This document shows, piece by piece, positions 37,262 through 46,918 of a DNA stretch of 64,000 nt (positions within the stretch are counted from its first letter, which is position 1; each line of letters opens with the position of its first letter). Source of the DNA: Myxococcota bacterium (GTDB lineage: Bacteria; Myxococcota_A; Polyangia; Nannocystales; Nannocystaceae); the NCBI GenBank assembly GCA_039028615.1, contig JBCCHT010000038.1, positions 1 to 64,000 on the forward strand. Reading direction: 5' to 3'. The notes under the pieces are model-generated. The model searched no databases. It was not told the origin of the DNA and saw only the letters and a list, made by a program, of their open reading frames with translations. Made by a program: the position numbers and the translations under genes.

Positions 37262-37901
37262 GCGTGGAGCCGTAGTTGCGGTCGTGGAGGGCAGTGTCGC
37301 GGGCGTGGTGGACTCGGTGGTTGTTCGGCGTGTTGAACCATCGATCGAGCCAGCGGCTGGGGCTCGGCAGCTCGGTGTGGCACACCATCTGCCAGCCGTC
37401 GTTGATCTCGATCAGCATCAGCAGCAGCCAGGGGTCGAAGCCCAATAGCGCCAGTGGAGCGAAGAACAGGTAGCTCAGGGCCGCCTCGATCCAGTTGAGG
37501 CGAAACGTGGCCAGGAAGTTGAGCGACTCGCTGCTGTGGTGGGTGGAGTGCAGCGCCCAGCCCAGCCGGGTCTGGTGGAAGAGTCGGTGCTTCCAGTAGT
37601 AGATGAAGTCGATCAGCACATAGGCCGCCGCCGCACTTCCGATGCCGACCTCCCATCGCACGGGCGCGAAGCGGGCGAGCCACGCGAACAGCCCGAAGCG
37701 CAGGGCCACCGTCGCTCCGCGCTCGGCGAGGTTGACGGCAAAGATGACGCTGTCGTTGGCCGTCTGCGCGATCGATGGCGATCGGCCTCTGGCCCACGCC
37801 ATATAGGCCATCTCGGCCATGATCAGCCCGCCGACGATCGCCGCCAGCAGCTCGCGGTGGACCCACAGCGGGTCCAGCTGCAGCGCCGCGCCTACGAGCA
37901 C
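37062..37901 (-). CDS. Sterol desaturase / fatty-acid hydroxylase family (alkylglycerol monooxygenase-like)
   Basis: His boxes YYWKHRLFH, HSTHHS and HRVHH; RNYGSTLMLWDQLFGT. Confidence 0.88.
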   Translation of the reverse strand: MLVGAALQLDPLWVHRELLAAIVGGLIMAEMAYMAWARGRSPSIAQTANDSVIFAVNLAERGATVALRFGLFAWLARFAPVRWEVGIGSAAAAYVLIDFIYYWKHRLFHQTRLGWALHSTHHSSESLNFLATFRLNWIEAALSYLFFAPLALLGFDPWLLLMLIEINDGWQMVCHTELPSPSRWLDRWFNTPNNHRVHHARDTALHDRNYGSTLMLWDQLFGTYLPGRAQVECGLPDRRLGNLLSIQFGPLWSLIRGASRRNQPPSPGSTAARTSKARA

Positions 37902-38074
37902 AGCCCCGTCACGAAGTACAGCATCCCCACCACGATGCCCACGTTGATGATCACCGCGGCCGTCGTCGGCAGGCTCGTCCCTTGCTTGGCGAGCATGCGA
38001 TCCCCGGGCATCGGCGCGGGCACATTGCTCCTCGCCTTCGGCCGCTCGCCGTCATCCTGGTCGGTGTCGCCCAC
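37892..38074 (-). CDS. Small protein with C-terminal TM helix
   Basis: 60 aa with GC3-biased codons and TM AAVIINVGIVVGMLYFV; overlaps the desaturase start. Confidence 0.45.
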   Translation of the reverse strand: MGDTDQDDGERPKARSNVPAPMPGDRMLAKQGTSLPTTAAVIINVGIVVGMLYFVTGLCS

Positions 38075-38164
38075 GCACCGACCACACTAACAGCTCCACC
38101 CCCGACCCCGCGACCGGGCCCCGGGCCGTACCAGGACCGGAGCTGCGGTGAGTGTGGCGGACGA

Positions 38165-40558
38165 TTACTTGCCCTTGCCCTTGCTCGTGCGCGGAGCGGG
38201 ACGGCGGGTCGACGTCGAGGTCTTCTTCTTGCCGGAGGGCTTGGCGGTGGGCTTCTTGCTAGAAGACGTCTTCTTCTTGGCCGAGGGCTTTTTGGCCGAA
38301 GGCCGGGCGGAGGACTTCTTCTTGCCACCGAGCTTCTTGCCGGCGCCGATCTTGCGACCCTTGCCTTTGCGGAAGCCGGGGCGACTGACTTTGGTCAGGG
38401 TGGTCCAGTCGCCGTTGTAGCGGCTGTGCTCGATGAACGAAGCGGGGCTGGGCGCGGGGCAGGTGCCGGGCTTGCACTGGGTGCGCAGGGGCGGCGGCTC
38501 GCAGCCGAGCTGATCGTCTTCGACGCGCTTGCGGCCGACGGCGGCGGACTTGCCCGCGCCCTGGTCGGCCTTGATGCGGTCCTCCATCTCGCGGGTCCGC
38601 TTGGCGCCGCGCACGGCCCAACGGGGCTTGGGCGGGACCTTGCACGCCTTGGTCTTCTTGCTCAGCACGCGGACGGTGTTGGCGATGGAGGCGACCTTGC
38701 CGGGCGCGACGTCGAGCTTGAACAAGGCGTGGCTCTTGGGGTCGACCTCTTGGACGCCGTGGATGAAGTGCTCCCAGCCGAGCGCGGGCATGCCCTCGTG
38801 CTCGACGTAGTAGCCGTAGGCGGAGAAGGGATCGAGGACGAGGGTCTGCGAGGCGCCGGGCAGGTTGACGCGGTGGCCGCTGTCGACCATGCCGTGCACT
38901 GCGTAAAAGGGCAGGTCCTCGGCCCTACGACCCTTGCGGCCCTTGCGGTTGACCATGGCGTCGAACTCGGCCTTGGTCATCTTGTAGTCGCCGCGGTTGA
39001 AGGCCTTGCGCATGGCCTTCTTCTGGCGCTTGTTGAACGACTTGCGGCCGGCGACCAGTGCTCCGCCCTTGGCACAGCCGTAGCGCTTGTTCTTGCTGCG
39101 GCGGCAGGCGGCCTTGCTGGGCATGTTCTCGGAGCGCACGAGCAGGTAGACCTCGTGCTTCTTCTTGCCCTTGGGGAGCTTGCGGCCCTGGAGGTTGATC
39201 TCGCTGGGACGCTGCACCACCGAGGCGCCCACCATGTCCATGTTGCGGTAGACGCTGTCGATGCCGAAGTCGATGGAGGAGTTGGAGCGCAGGCGAACGT
39301 GCAGGCACTGGTGCATGTTCTCGAGCGACAGCGACGAGTCGGCGGGGACCCACAGGTCGCTGACGAGGCTGCCCTGGCCGATCTGCCCCGCCCACTGCCC
39401 GGGCGCGACGGGGCCGCTGAGGGTGGCCGTCTCCACGAGGTTCCAGGTGGCGGTCTGCCAGGTGCTCCACTGCAGGCCCCAGTTGGCGACGCGGAACTCG
39501 GCCTGCACCTGACCGGCCTCGACGGTCTCGTCGGTGCGGTTGATGAACCCGGCCCGGAAGTGAGCGCCGTCCTCGTAGGGGATCTGGTTGGAGGGATACG
39601 AGTAGGGGATGTTGGTGTCCGGGATGGTCCCGTTGGTCATGTTGTAGTCGGTCCCGACGAGGGGCCGATACAAGTTCACGCCGCCGCAGCCGGCCGGGTC
39701 GGCGGTGTCGAGCAGGGGCCAAAGGTCGAGGTCGTTGCCGAGCGGCAGGTCCTCGGGCAGCGTGCTCGATGCGTTCGCGCTGGTGATGATGCAGTCGTCG
39801 GAGGTCTGCGAGCTGTTGTTGCACAGCAGCGGAAACTGCACCGCGGTGCCCGAGGTCGGGCCCTGCATGAACATCAGCGAGTTGCCGTAGATGTGGAGGT
39901 TGGGCCGGATGTCGCCGGAGCCCGACGTGACGGGGACCTCGAGCGCAAAGCGAAGGGTCCAGTCGTAGGTGGTGCTGGTCGCCGACTCGTTGACTCGCAC
40001 CTGCACCCACGGCTCGTGCACGGTGAACGTGGAGCTGGGGTTGGTGGTGGACAGAGGTGTCCAGTTGACCGAGGTGCCCCCACCGATCGCCGCCGCGTAG
40101 TTGATCGAGGAGGGGCCCAATGCGGAACCGTTGTCGTCGCAGTTGCTGACGGGGCTGCACCCGCGCAGGGGCTGGAACTGAATGAACAGCTCGGGGGCGT
40201 CGCCGGCGGTGTTCGACAGCGCGAAGACCACCACGTCCTGCGTGGAGTCGATGGAGGTATCGGCGTTCACCTCCATTTCAACGAAGACCCGCTGCGAGGC
40301 CTCGTCCCAGATCATGCGCGAGCGGGCGAGCTCGGGGACGGCGGAGTCTCCTTCCGTTCGAGAGGTGGCCTTGGTCCACCGCACCTCTCGCTGAGACTCG
40401 CTCAGCGAAGGGTTCCACCACTCGGGGTGGTGGGCGGTCGCTCCGGGCACCGCCTCGGCCTGCCGGAGGCAGAGATCCCCGGGATCGGAGGCTTGGGCGG
40501 TTTGGGAGAGGAGGGCGACGACGGCGGAGGCGAGCAGGGGTGACAGCAGACGCGACAT
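38165..40558 (-). CDS. Secreted hypothetical protein with highly basic Lys/Arg-rich C-terminal part
   Basis: Signal peptide MSRLLSPLLASAVVALLSQTAQA; tail KKPSAKKKTSSSKKPTAKPSGKKKTS... Confidence 0.8.
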   Translation of the reverse strand: MSRLLSPLLASAVVALLSQTAQASDPGDLCLRQAEAVPGATAHHPEWWNPSLSESQREVRWTKATSRTEGDSAVPELARSRMIWDEASQRVFVEMEVNADTSIDSTQDVVVFALSNTAGDAPELFIQFQPLRGCSPVSNCDDNGSALGPSSINYAAAIGGGTSVNWTPLSTTNPSSTFTVHEPWVQVRVNESATSTTYDWTLRFALEVPVTSGSGDIRPNLHIYGNSLMFMQGPTSGTAVQFPLLCNNSSQTSDDCIITSANASSTLPEDLPLGNDLDLWPLLDTADPAGCGGVNLYRPLVGTDYNMTNGTIPDTNIPYSYPSNQIPYEDGAHFRAGFINRTDETVEAGQVQAEFRVANWGLQWSTWQTATWNLVETATLSGPVAPGQWAGQIGQGSLVSDLWVPADSSLSLENMHQCLHVRLRSNSSIDFGIDSVYRNMDMVGASVVQRPSEINLQGRKLPKGKKKHEVYLLVRSENMPSKAACRRSKNKRYGCAKGGALVAGRKSFNKRQKKAMRKAFNRGDYKMTKAEFDAMVNRKGRKGRRAEDLPFYAVHGMVDSGHRVNLPGASQTLVLDPFSAYGYYVEHEGMPALGWEHFIHGVQEVDPKSHALFKLDVAPGKVASIANTVRVLSKKTKACKVPPKPRWAVRGAKRTREMEDRIKADQGAGKSAAVGRKRVEDDQLGCEPPPLRTQCKPGTCPAPSPASFIEHSRYNGDWTTLTKVSRPGFRKGKGRKIGAGKKLGGKKKSSARPSAKKPSAKKKTSSSKKPTAKPSGKKKTSTSTRRPAPRTSKGKGK

Positions 40559-40618
40559 CAGCACGATGAGGACGCTCCGAGTAGGGCGAATGTTCTGAAG
40601 TCTAGACAAAGCTCACGC

Positions 40619-41584
<966 letters not shown>

Positions 41585-41642
41585 GGCGGGGAGGGTAACG
41601 CCAAACGTCGGGGTGGGGTTGGGGCGTGGTACTACCGTGGCC

Positions 41643-42743
41643 ATGCCTCATACGCATGAGCCCAACAAGGCGGTCTGCCTCGTGGTCGGCGGGATGGCAT
41701 GGCTCGGTGTCGCCGTCCCGGCCCAGGCCGACTGCGCCGACGGGCGCCCGGTGACGATGGGGCATCGGGGCACGGGAACCTCCGGGGGCAATGCGTATCC
41801 CGAGAACACGATTCCTTCGGTGCTGCAGGCGGCCAAAGAAGGCGCGACCGCGGTGGAGATCGACGTGCAGCTGTCGGCCGACGGCGTTCCCGTGCTGATG
41901 CACGACGCCCACGTCGACGGCACGACGGACGGCATGGGCTGCGTGACGGAGCTGACGGTCGCCGAGCTGCAGATGCTCGATGCGGGAGCGGGGACGCCGA
42001 TGGCCGGAGCTGGTGTCACCGTGCCCACGCTGGCCGAGGTGTTGGCCGCGTCGCCGCTGGACGTGAACGTGGAGATCAAGGCGGGGGGCGAGGGCTGTCC
42101 CGTGTTCTCCGACGAAGAGGTCGCCAGTGCGATCGTCGAGGTGCTCGCCGACGACCCGATGACGCGGCATCAGGCGGTGAGCTCGTTCGAGCTGGGCATT
42201 CTCGAGGCGGTGCGCGACCTCGATCCCGATCTTTATGTCGGCATGCTAACGGTGGGCTCGCTGACGGCCCGCGTTGCGGTGAAGGCCGGCTTCAATGCGC
42301 TGAACATCATCGACGGCGGGGTGGACGAGACCTCGGTGGCGGAGACGCGGCGGGCGGGGCTCGAGGTCAACGCGTGGACCATCGACGACCCCGGGCGCAT
42401 GCACGAGCTGTTCGAGCTGGATGTCGACGCCATCATGACGGACGAGCCGGACGTGATGGAGATGGTTCGGGCCGAACGCTGCGACGTGGGTGGCGACAGC
42501 GGGAGCACGGGAGGCTCGACCGGTGGCGCCGACGAGACGGGGGCGCCCGGTGGCACGGCCTCCGACGGAGAGTCCTCGACGAGCGAGGCGGGCAGCAGCG
42601 GTGAAGCCTCGACGACCGGGGCCGCGATGAACGACGAGGGCACCGACACCGGCTGCGGCTGCCGAGCGCAGGGCTTTGGGGGATGGGGCTCGTTCGGGTG
42701 GGCGGCGTGGAGCGTGCTGCTCATCGGTCGCCGCCGACGTTGA
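41643..42743 (+). CDS. Glycerophosphodiester phosphodiesterase with MYXO-CTERM anchor
   Basis: GHRG, PENT, EIDVQLSADGVPVLMHD, NVEIK, SSF, WTID and IMTDEP; GCGC-x-W-rich TM-RRRR tail. Confidence 0.88.
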   Translation: MPHTHEPNKAVCLVVGGMAWLGVAVPAQADCADGRPVTMGHRGTGTSGGNAYPENTIPSVLQAAKEGATAVEIDVQLSADGVPVLMHDAHVDGTTDGMGCVTELTVAELQMLDAGAGTPMAGAGVTVPTLAEVLAASPLDVNVEIKAGGEGCPVFSDEEVASAIVEVLADDPMTRHQAVSSFELGILEAVRDLDPDLYVGMLTVGSLTARVAVKAGFNALNIIDGGVDETSVAETRRAGLEVNAWTIDDPGRMHELFELDVDAIMTDEPDVMEMVRAERCDVGGDSGSTGGSTGGADETGAPGGTASDGESSTSEAGSSGEASTTGAAMNDEGTDTGCGCRAQGFGGWGSFGWAAWSVLLIGRRRR

Positions 42744-42761
42744 AGTACGGAGGGCCTGGTC

Positions 42762-43538
42762 ATGGCGCGTCTGCACCTGTTCCACTGGAAGCCGGAAGAA
42801 GCGACCCCGCGCATCGAGCAGTTGCAGCGGCTGGGGCACGAGGTCGAGTACGTGGCGACGGTGCCGACCTCGTTCAAGGCGCTGGCGAGTGCGATGCCCG
42901 ATGCGGTGGTGATCGATCTGTCGCGCTTGCCTTCGCATGGCCGCGAGGTGGCGCTGGCGATTCGCGAGCGCAAGGGGACGCGGGGGATTCCGCTGGTGTT
43001 CGTCGGCGGTGACCCGGCCAAGGTCGAGCGCCTGCGGGCGCAGCTGCCCGATGCCACCTACGCGAGCTGGCGGGGGATCAAGGGCGCGGTGAGCCGAGCG
43101 ATGAAACGCAAAGTGGCCTCGCCCGTCGTGCCCAGCGCGCGAGCCGGGGGCTACTCGGGCACTCCGTTGCCGCGCAAGCTGGGCATCAAGGCCAACATGA
43201 AGGTCGCGATCCTCGGGGCGCCCGACGGCATCGAGCAGACCCTGGGCGAGCTGCCGCCGGGGGTGGTGCTGCGAAGAGACGCTCGGGGCACGCGGGCGCT
43301 GACGCTGTGGTTCACGACCTCGGTGGGCGAGCTGCGACGGCGCATCGACAAGCTCGCCGCGCAGGTCGGCGATGGCGGGCTGTGGATCGCGTGGCCCAAG
43401 AAGACCTCGGCGCTGGCGACCGAGCTGACGCAGGCCGACGTGCGAGGGGCGGGGCTCGATGCGGGACTGGTCGACTACAAGATCTGCGCGATCGATGCCG
43501 ACTGGTCTGCACTCAAGTTCGGCAATCGAAGGGCCTAG
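42762..43538 (+). CDS. Receiver-like domain fused to DUF3052-family domain
   Basis: PDAVVIDLSRLPSHGREVA...IPLVFV (CheY-like); GYSGTPLPRKLGIK...LWIAWPKK...GLVDYKICAIDADWSALKF. Confidence 0.75.
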   Translation: MARLHLFHWKPEEATPRIEQLQRLGHEVEYVATVPTSFKALASAMPDAVVIDLSRLPSHGREVALAIRERKGTRGIPLVFVGGDPAKVERLRAQLPDATYASWRGIKGAVSRAMKRKVASPVVPSARAGGYSGTPLPRKLGIKANMKVAILGAPDGIEQTLGELPPGVVLRRDARGTRALTLWFTTSVGELRRRIDKLAAQVGDGGLWIAWPKKTSALATELTQADVRGAGLDAGLVDYKICAIDADWSALKFGNRRA

Positions 43539-44155
43539 CGCTGCCCGGGTCGCGGTCCGACGCCGAGGTGTCCGTCGGGCAGCGGCTTGCCCAGCAGCTT
43601 GCCCCACGAGATGAGCACCTTGTAGGTCAGGCCCCAGATCAAGTGCTCGCGAAAACGGATGCCCGGGAAGGCGTGCATTTGCCCCTTCCACTCCCACTCG
43701 ATGGTGCCCATGCGCGACTCGTCCCAGAGGTCGGCGATGGGGATCCAGTAGGCGGCATCGACCTCGCCATCGTTGGGGCGTAGGGGTGGTCGCTCGGTGC
43801 CTACGTAGAATGCGAAGGGCATCAGGATGCCCAGCGCTCCGCTCGGTCTCAGCGGCACCGGGGGCAGGGCGCCGAGGGGCCGGGCCTGGTCGAGGTGGAG
43901 GTCGACTTCCTCGCGGGCCTCGCGAATGGCGACCGCTTGCGGGGTCGCGTCTTCAGGGTCCGCCTTGCCGCCGGGGAACGCCATCTGACCCGACCAGCGA
44001 TCGCCGGCTCGGCTCGCTCGCAAGATGAAGCACAGGTCCAGGGCGTCGGGCGGTCCGGCGAAGGCCAGCGCGACCGCGGCAATGGAGGCGCCCGGAGGCT
44101 CGGTGTCGACGGGTACGTCGGCGAGTGCGGATTGGATCTGGGCGAGGGACGGCAT
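43535..44155 (-). CDS. Nudix hydrolase, CoA pyrophosphatase type
   Basis: SGQMAFPGGKADPED...AIREAREEV Nudix box; IWGLT. Confidence 0.9.
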   Translation of the reverse strand: MPSLAQIQSALADVPVDTEPPGASIAAVALAFAGPPDALDLCFILRASRAGDRWSGQMAFPGGKADPEDATPQAVAIREAREEVDLHLDQARPLGALPPVPLRPSGALGILMPFAFYVGTERPPLRPNDGEVDAAYWIPIADLWDESRMGTIEWEWKGQMHAFPGIRFREHLIWGLTYKVLISWGKLLGKPLPDGHLGVGPRPGQR

Positions 44156-44207
44156 ACGTCAGCGACGACGACGGGCGGGCCCGAGCATATCCGGTTATCG
44201 TGCGCGC

Positions 44208-44537
44208 ATGTCGGTACGCACCGAGCACGTGGTCGTCCAGGTCACCGCCGGCTCGCGATCGGAGGCGGAGCGCATTGCTGCGGCCGCGGTCGAGCAGCGC
44301 CTGGCTGCTTCCGCGCAGGTTTCTGCGCTCCGCACGTGGTATCGCTGGAAGGGCGCGGTGCACGAAGCCGACGAGCACCGGGTGGACCTGTTCACCCGAG
44401 CGGCGCGCTTCGACGCGCTGGCCGAGCTGGTGAAGGGCATGCACTCGTACGAGCTGCCGCAGGTGGTGGCGGTGCCGCTGCGCGACGGGACCCCCGAGTT
44501 CCTCGCGTGGATCGAGGACGGCAGCACGGAGGGCTGA
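44208..44537 (+). CDS. cutA: Divalent-cation tolerance protein CutA
   Basis: ATG 44208; AERIAAAAVEQRLAA, YRWKGAV and HSYELPQVV. Confidence 0.9.
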   Translation: MSVRTEHVVVQVTAGSRSEAERIAAAAVEQRLAASAQVSALRTWYRWKGAVHEADEHRVDLFTRAARFDALAELVKGMHSYELPQVVAVPLRDGTPEFLAWIEDGSTEG

Positions 44538-44549
44538 GATCGGCGGCGC

Positions 44550-45194
44550 CTACGAGGCCGGGGGGGAGACCACGGTGGCTTCGGCTCGCTCGAGCAGCTC
44601 GACGTACCACTGCCGCGCCCGCTCGGTCGCGCCCGCCAGCGCGTTCGTGCCCCAGAGGATCGACAGCGTGTTCGTGGTGCCGTCGTGGGTCTTGGTGCGG
44701 TGGCTGTCTTTGACCGCGTTGGCGCAGGGGCCTTCGGCGTCGTGCAGGCACAGCAACCCGGTCAGGCGAATCTCCTGCCCGGAGGCGTTGAATACGTAGC
44801 TCGAGTCCGGCGCGGGGATGCCGATGCGCAATGGATCGCGCAGTCGGTCGACGTCCACCACGCTGATGGGGAGTCCGCTGTGCAACGAGACGACGTTACA
44901 AAGGTCTACGGCGAGATTGATGGGACCGAGCTTGCCGTCGTTGGCGGCGCGGCGAAGAAATTCCGAAGCTGGTTTGCCGCGACCCGATGGCTTGTAGCCC
45001 CCATGTCGCAGCAGGTCTCGAACCGCGGTGCGAACCTCGTCCGTGGCGGACAGCGGGGTCTCGGCCGTCGGCGATAACAACTCGACCAGCCACGAAGGAG
45101 AAGGCCTCGCTGACAATGAGTCAGTGAAGCTCGCCGACAGCCGCCCGGCATCGAGCAGCGGATGAGCGTCGATGGTCAGCGAAGGTGTGTCCAT
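44550..45194 (-). CDS. Stand-alone B3/B4 (PheRS beta-like) domain protein
   Basis: ATG 45194; GYKPSGRGKPASEFL, INLAVDLCNVVSLHSGLPISVVD and DAEGPCANAVKDS. Confidence 0.8.
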   Translation of the reverse strand: MDTPSLTIDAHPLLDAGRLSASFTDSLSARPSPSWLVELLSPTAETPLSATDEVRTAVRDLLRHGGYKPSGRGKPASEFLRRAANDGKLGPINLAVDLCNVVSLHSGLPISVVDVDRLRDPLRIGIPAPDSSYVFNASGQEIRLTGLLCLHDAEGPCANAVKDSHRTKTHDGTTNTLSILWGTNALAGATERARQWYVELLERAEATVVSPPAS

Positions 45195-45318
45195 CAGCCC
45201 CCACCCTAACGTAATTCGGACCCCTGCTTTGAACACCCGCGCGCTGAGTAGGTACTTTCGCGGTTTACCTCGCCGGTTGATTCGCGCGACCATTGACGTC
45301 GGAAGTAGGGGATTCGAT

Positions 45319-46716
45319 ATGAAGATGCGATGGCTGTTGGCGTGCGCTCCATTGGCGATGTCTTGTGGTGGATCCGATCCGGTGACGGCGGATGGAGACG
45401 GAGACTCGGCGGGCTCGTTGACCACCCCGACGCCGTCGACCGCCGACGACTCGGCGACCAGCCAGGGCGAAGGCTCGGGGCAGGCCGAGGGCACGGGCGC
45501 GAGCAGCGGAGCGCAGACCACCAACGACGGTGAGGACGAGACCAGCCGGGGCAGTGCCGATGGCCCGATCTTCGACGTGGGCACGATCCCCGACGGTGGC
45601 AATACCGGGTGCGGCGGTCAGGCCTGCGGCGAGTCGGAGTGGAGCTACATCTGGATCGCCAACAGCAGCGAGTCCACCATCTCCAAGATCAACACCCGCA
45701 CCCTCGATGAAGAGGGGCGCTACTACACGCGGCCGGACCAGAGCGGCAACCCATCGCGGACGAGCGTGAGCGTCGACGGTCGGGCCGTCGCGGTCGCCAA
45801 CCGCATGGGCGGCGTGACCAAGGTGTGGTCGCTTCCAGAGGACTGCACCGACCTCAACGGCAACGGGATGATCGACACCTCGGCCGGCGGCGCAGCCAGC
45901 ATGCTGCCCTTCAACCAAGAGGAGTGCGTCGCCTGGTACACCGAGTTCCCGGGCGCGACCACGCAGCGCCCCGTCGCTTGGACCACGGGCACCTACAACC
46001 CGGCCACCTGCCGCTACGACGATCAGATGGTCTGGAGCTCGGCGGCGTTCGGTGGCGGTGGTACCTGGCCTTGCGACGGTGCGGACGGCATCTTCGTCTA
46101 CCGTCTCGAGGGCGAGACTGGCGTCGTGCTCGACGAGGTGCACATGCCCGACGTCACCTGCGGCAGCACGCTCGGTCCCTACGGGGCGGCCGTCGACTTC
46201 AACAACGACCTGTGGATGTACATCTGGTCGGCGGCGACGATCTTGCACGTCGAGTACGACACGCTGGACTACGAGACCTTCTCCGGCGGGTCGTACGGCA
46301 TCACCGTCGACACCAACGGTCGGGTCTGGACTGACTCGGGCAACCGCTACGACCCGGCCACGGGCACCTGGGACTCCAAGATCGGCAACCTGCCCGGCTC
46401 GGGAGGCAGCGGCGTGGCCCAAGACCAGCTGGGGCGGATCTGGACCGCGACCACCAACGGCGTCGGCTGGATCGACATGGAGACGATGGTCGTCGGCGAC
46501 ACGGTGCTGCTGCCGGAGGGCGGCCTGTACCGTGGCATCGGCGTCGACTTCGACGGCTACATCTGGGCCGTGTTGTTGGGCGGCACGACCGCCCACAAGA
46601 TCGATCCGATGACCTATGGGGTCGAGACCTTCACTGGTCTCAACAACCCATATACCTACTCCGATATGGCGGGTGGGCAGCTTAGCAGTGTCAACTGCAA
46701 CCCCCCGGCGGGCTGA
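45319..46716 (+). CDS. Lipoprotein with beta-propeller (Vgb/lyase-like) domain
   Basis: Lipobox AMSC; YIWIANS...SKINT, NPSRTSV, YGITVD and PYTYSDM. Confidence 0.8.
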   Translation: MKMRWLLACAPLAMSCGGSDPVTADGDGDSAGSLTTPTPSTADDSATSQGEGSGQAEGTGASSGAQTTNDGEDETSRGSADGPIFDVGTIPDGGNTGCGGQACGESEWSYIWIANSSESTISKINTRTLDEEGRYYTRPDQSGNPSRTSVSVDGRAVAVANRMGGVTKVWSLPEDCTDLNGNGMIDTSAGGAASMLPFNQEECVAWYTEFPGATTQRPVAWTTGTYNPATCRYDDQMVWSSAAFGGGGTWPCDGADGIFVYRLEGETGVVLDEVHMPDVTCGSTLGPYGAAVDFNNDLWMYIWSAATILHVEYDTLDYETFSGGSYGITVDTNGRVWTDSGNRYDPATGTWDSKIGNLPGSGGSGVAQDQLGRIWTATTNGVGWIDMETMVVGDTVLLPEGGLYRGIGVDFDGYIWAVLLGGTTAHKIDPMTYGVETFTGLNNPYTYSDMAGGQLSSVNCNPPAG

Positions 46717-46918
46717 GCTGCGCGTTCTCGAACCGATCGTTCATCGGGGCGCCCGACGCCGAGGCGACGGCAGCGCTAGGACCGACGGTTTTGCTGTGGG
46801 TTCACGTCGCAATTGTCGTGCGAGGAATTCTGCCCCGGGAGCACCCGCAGGATTCGCGGGCAAATTAATTCTGTGAAGTCGCTGTAGTGGATACCATCGC
46901 TTTGGTGACGCCGCGGTC

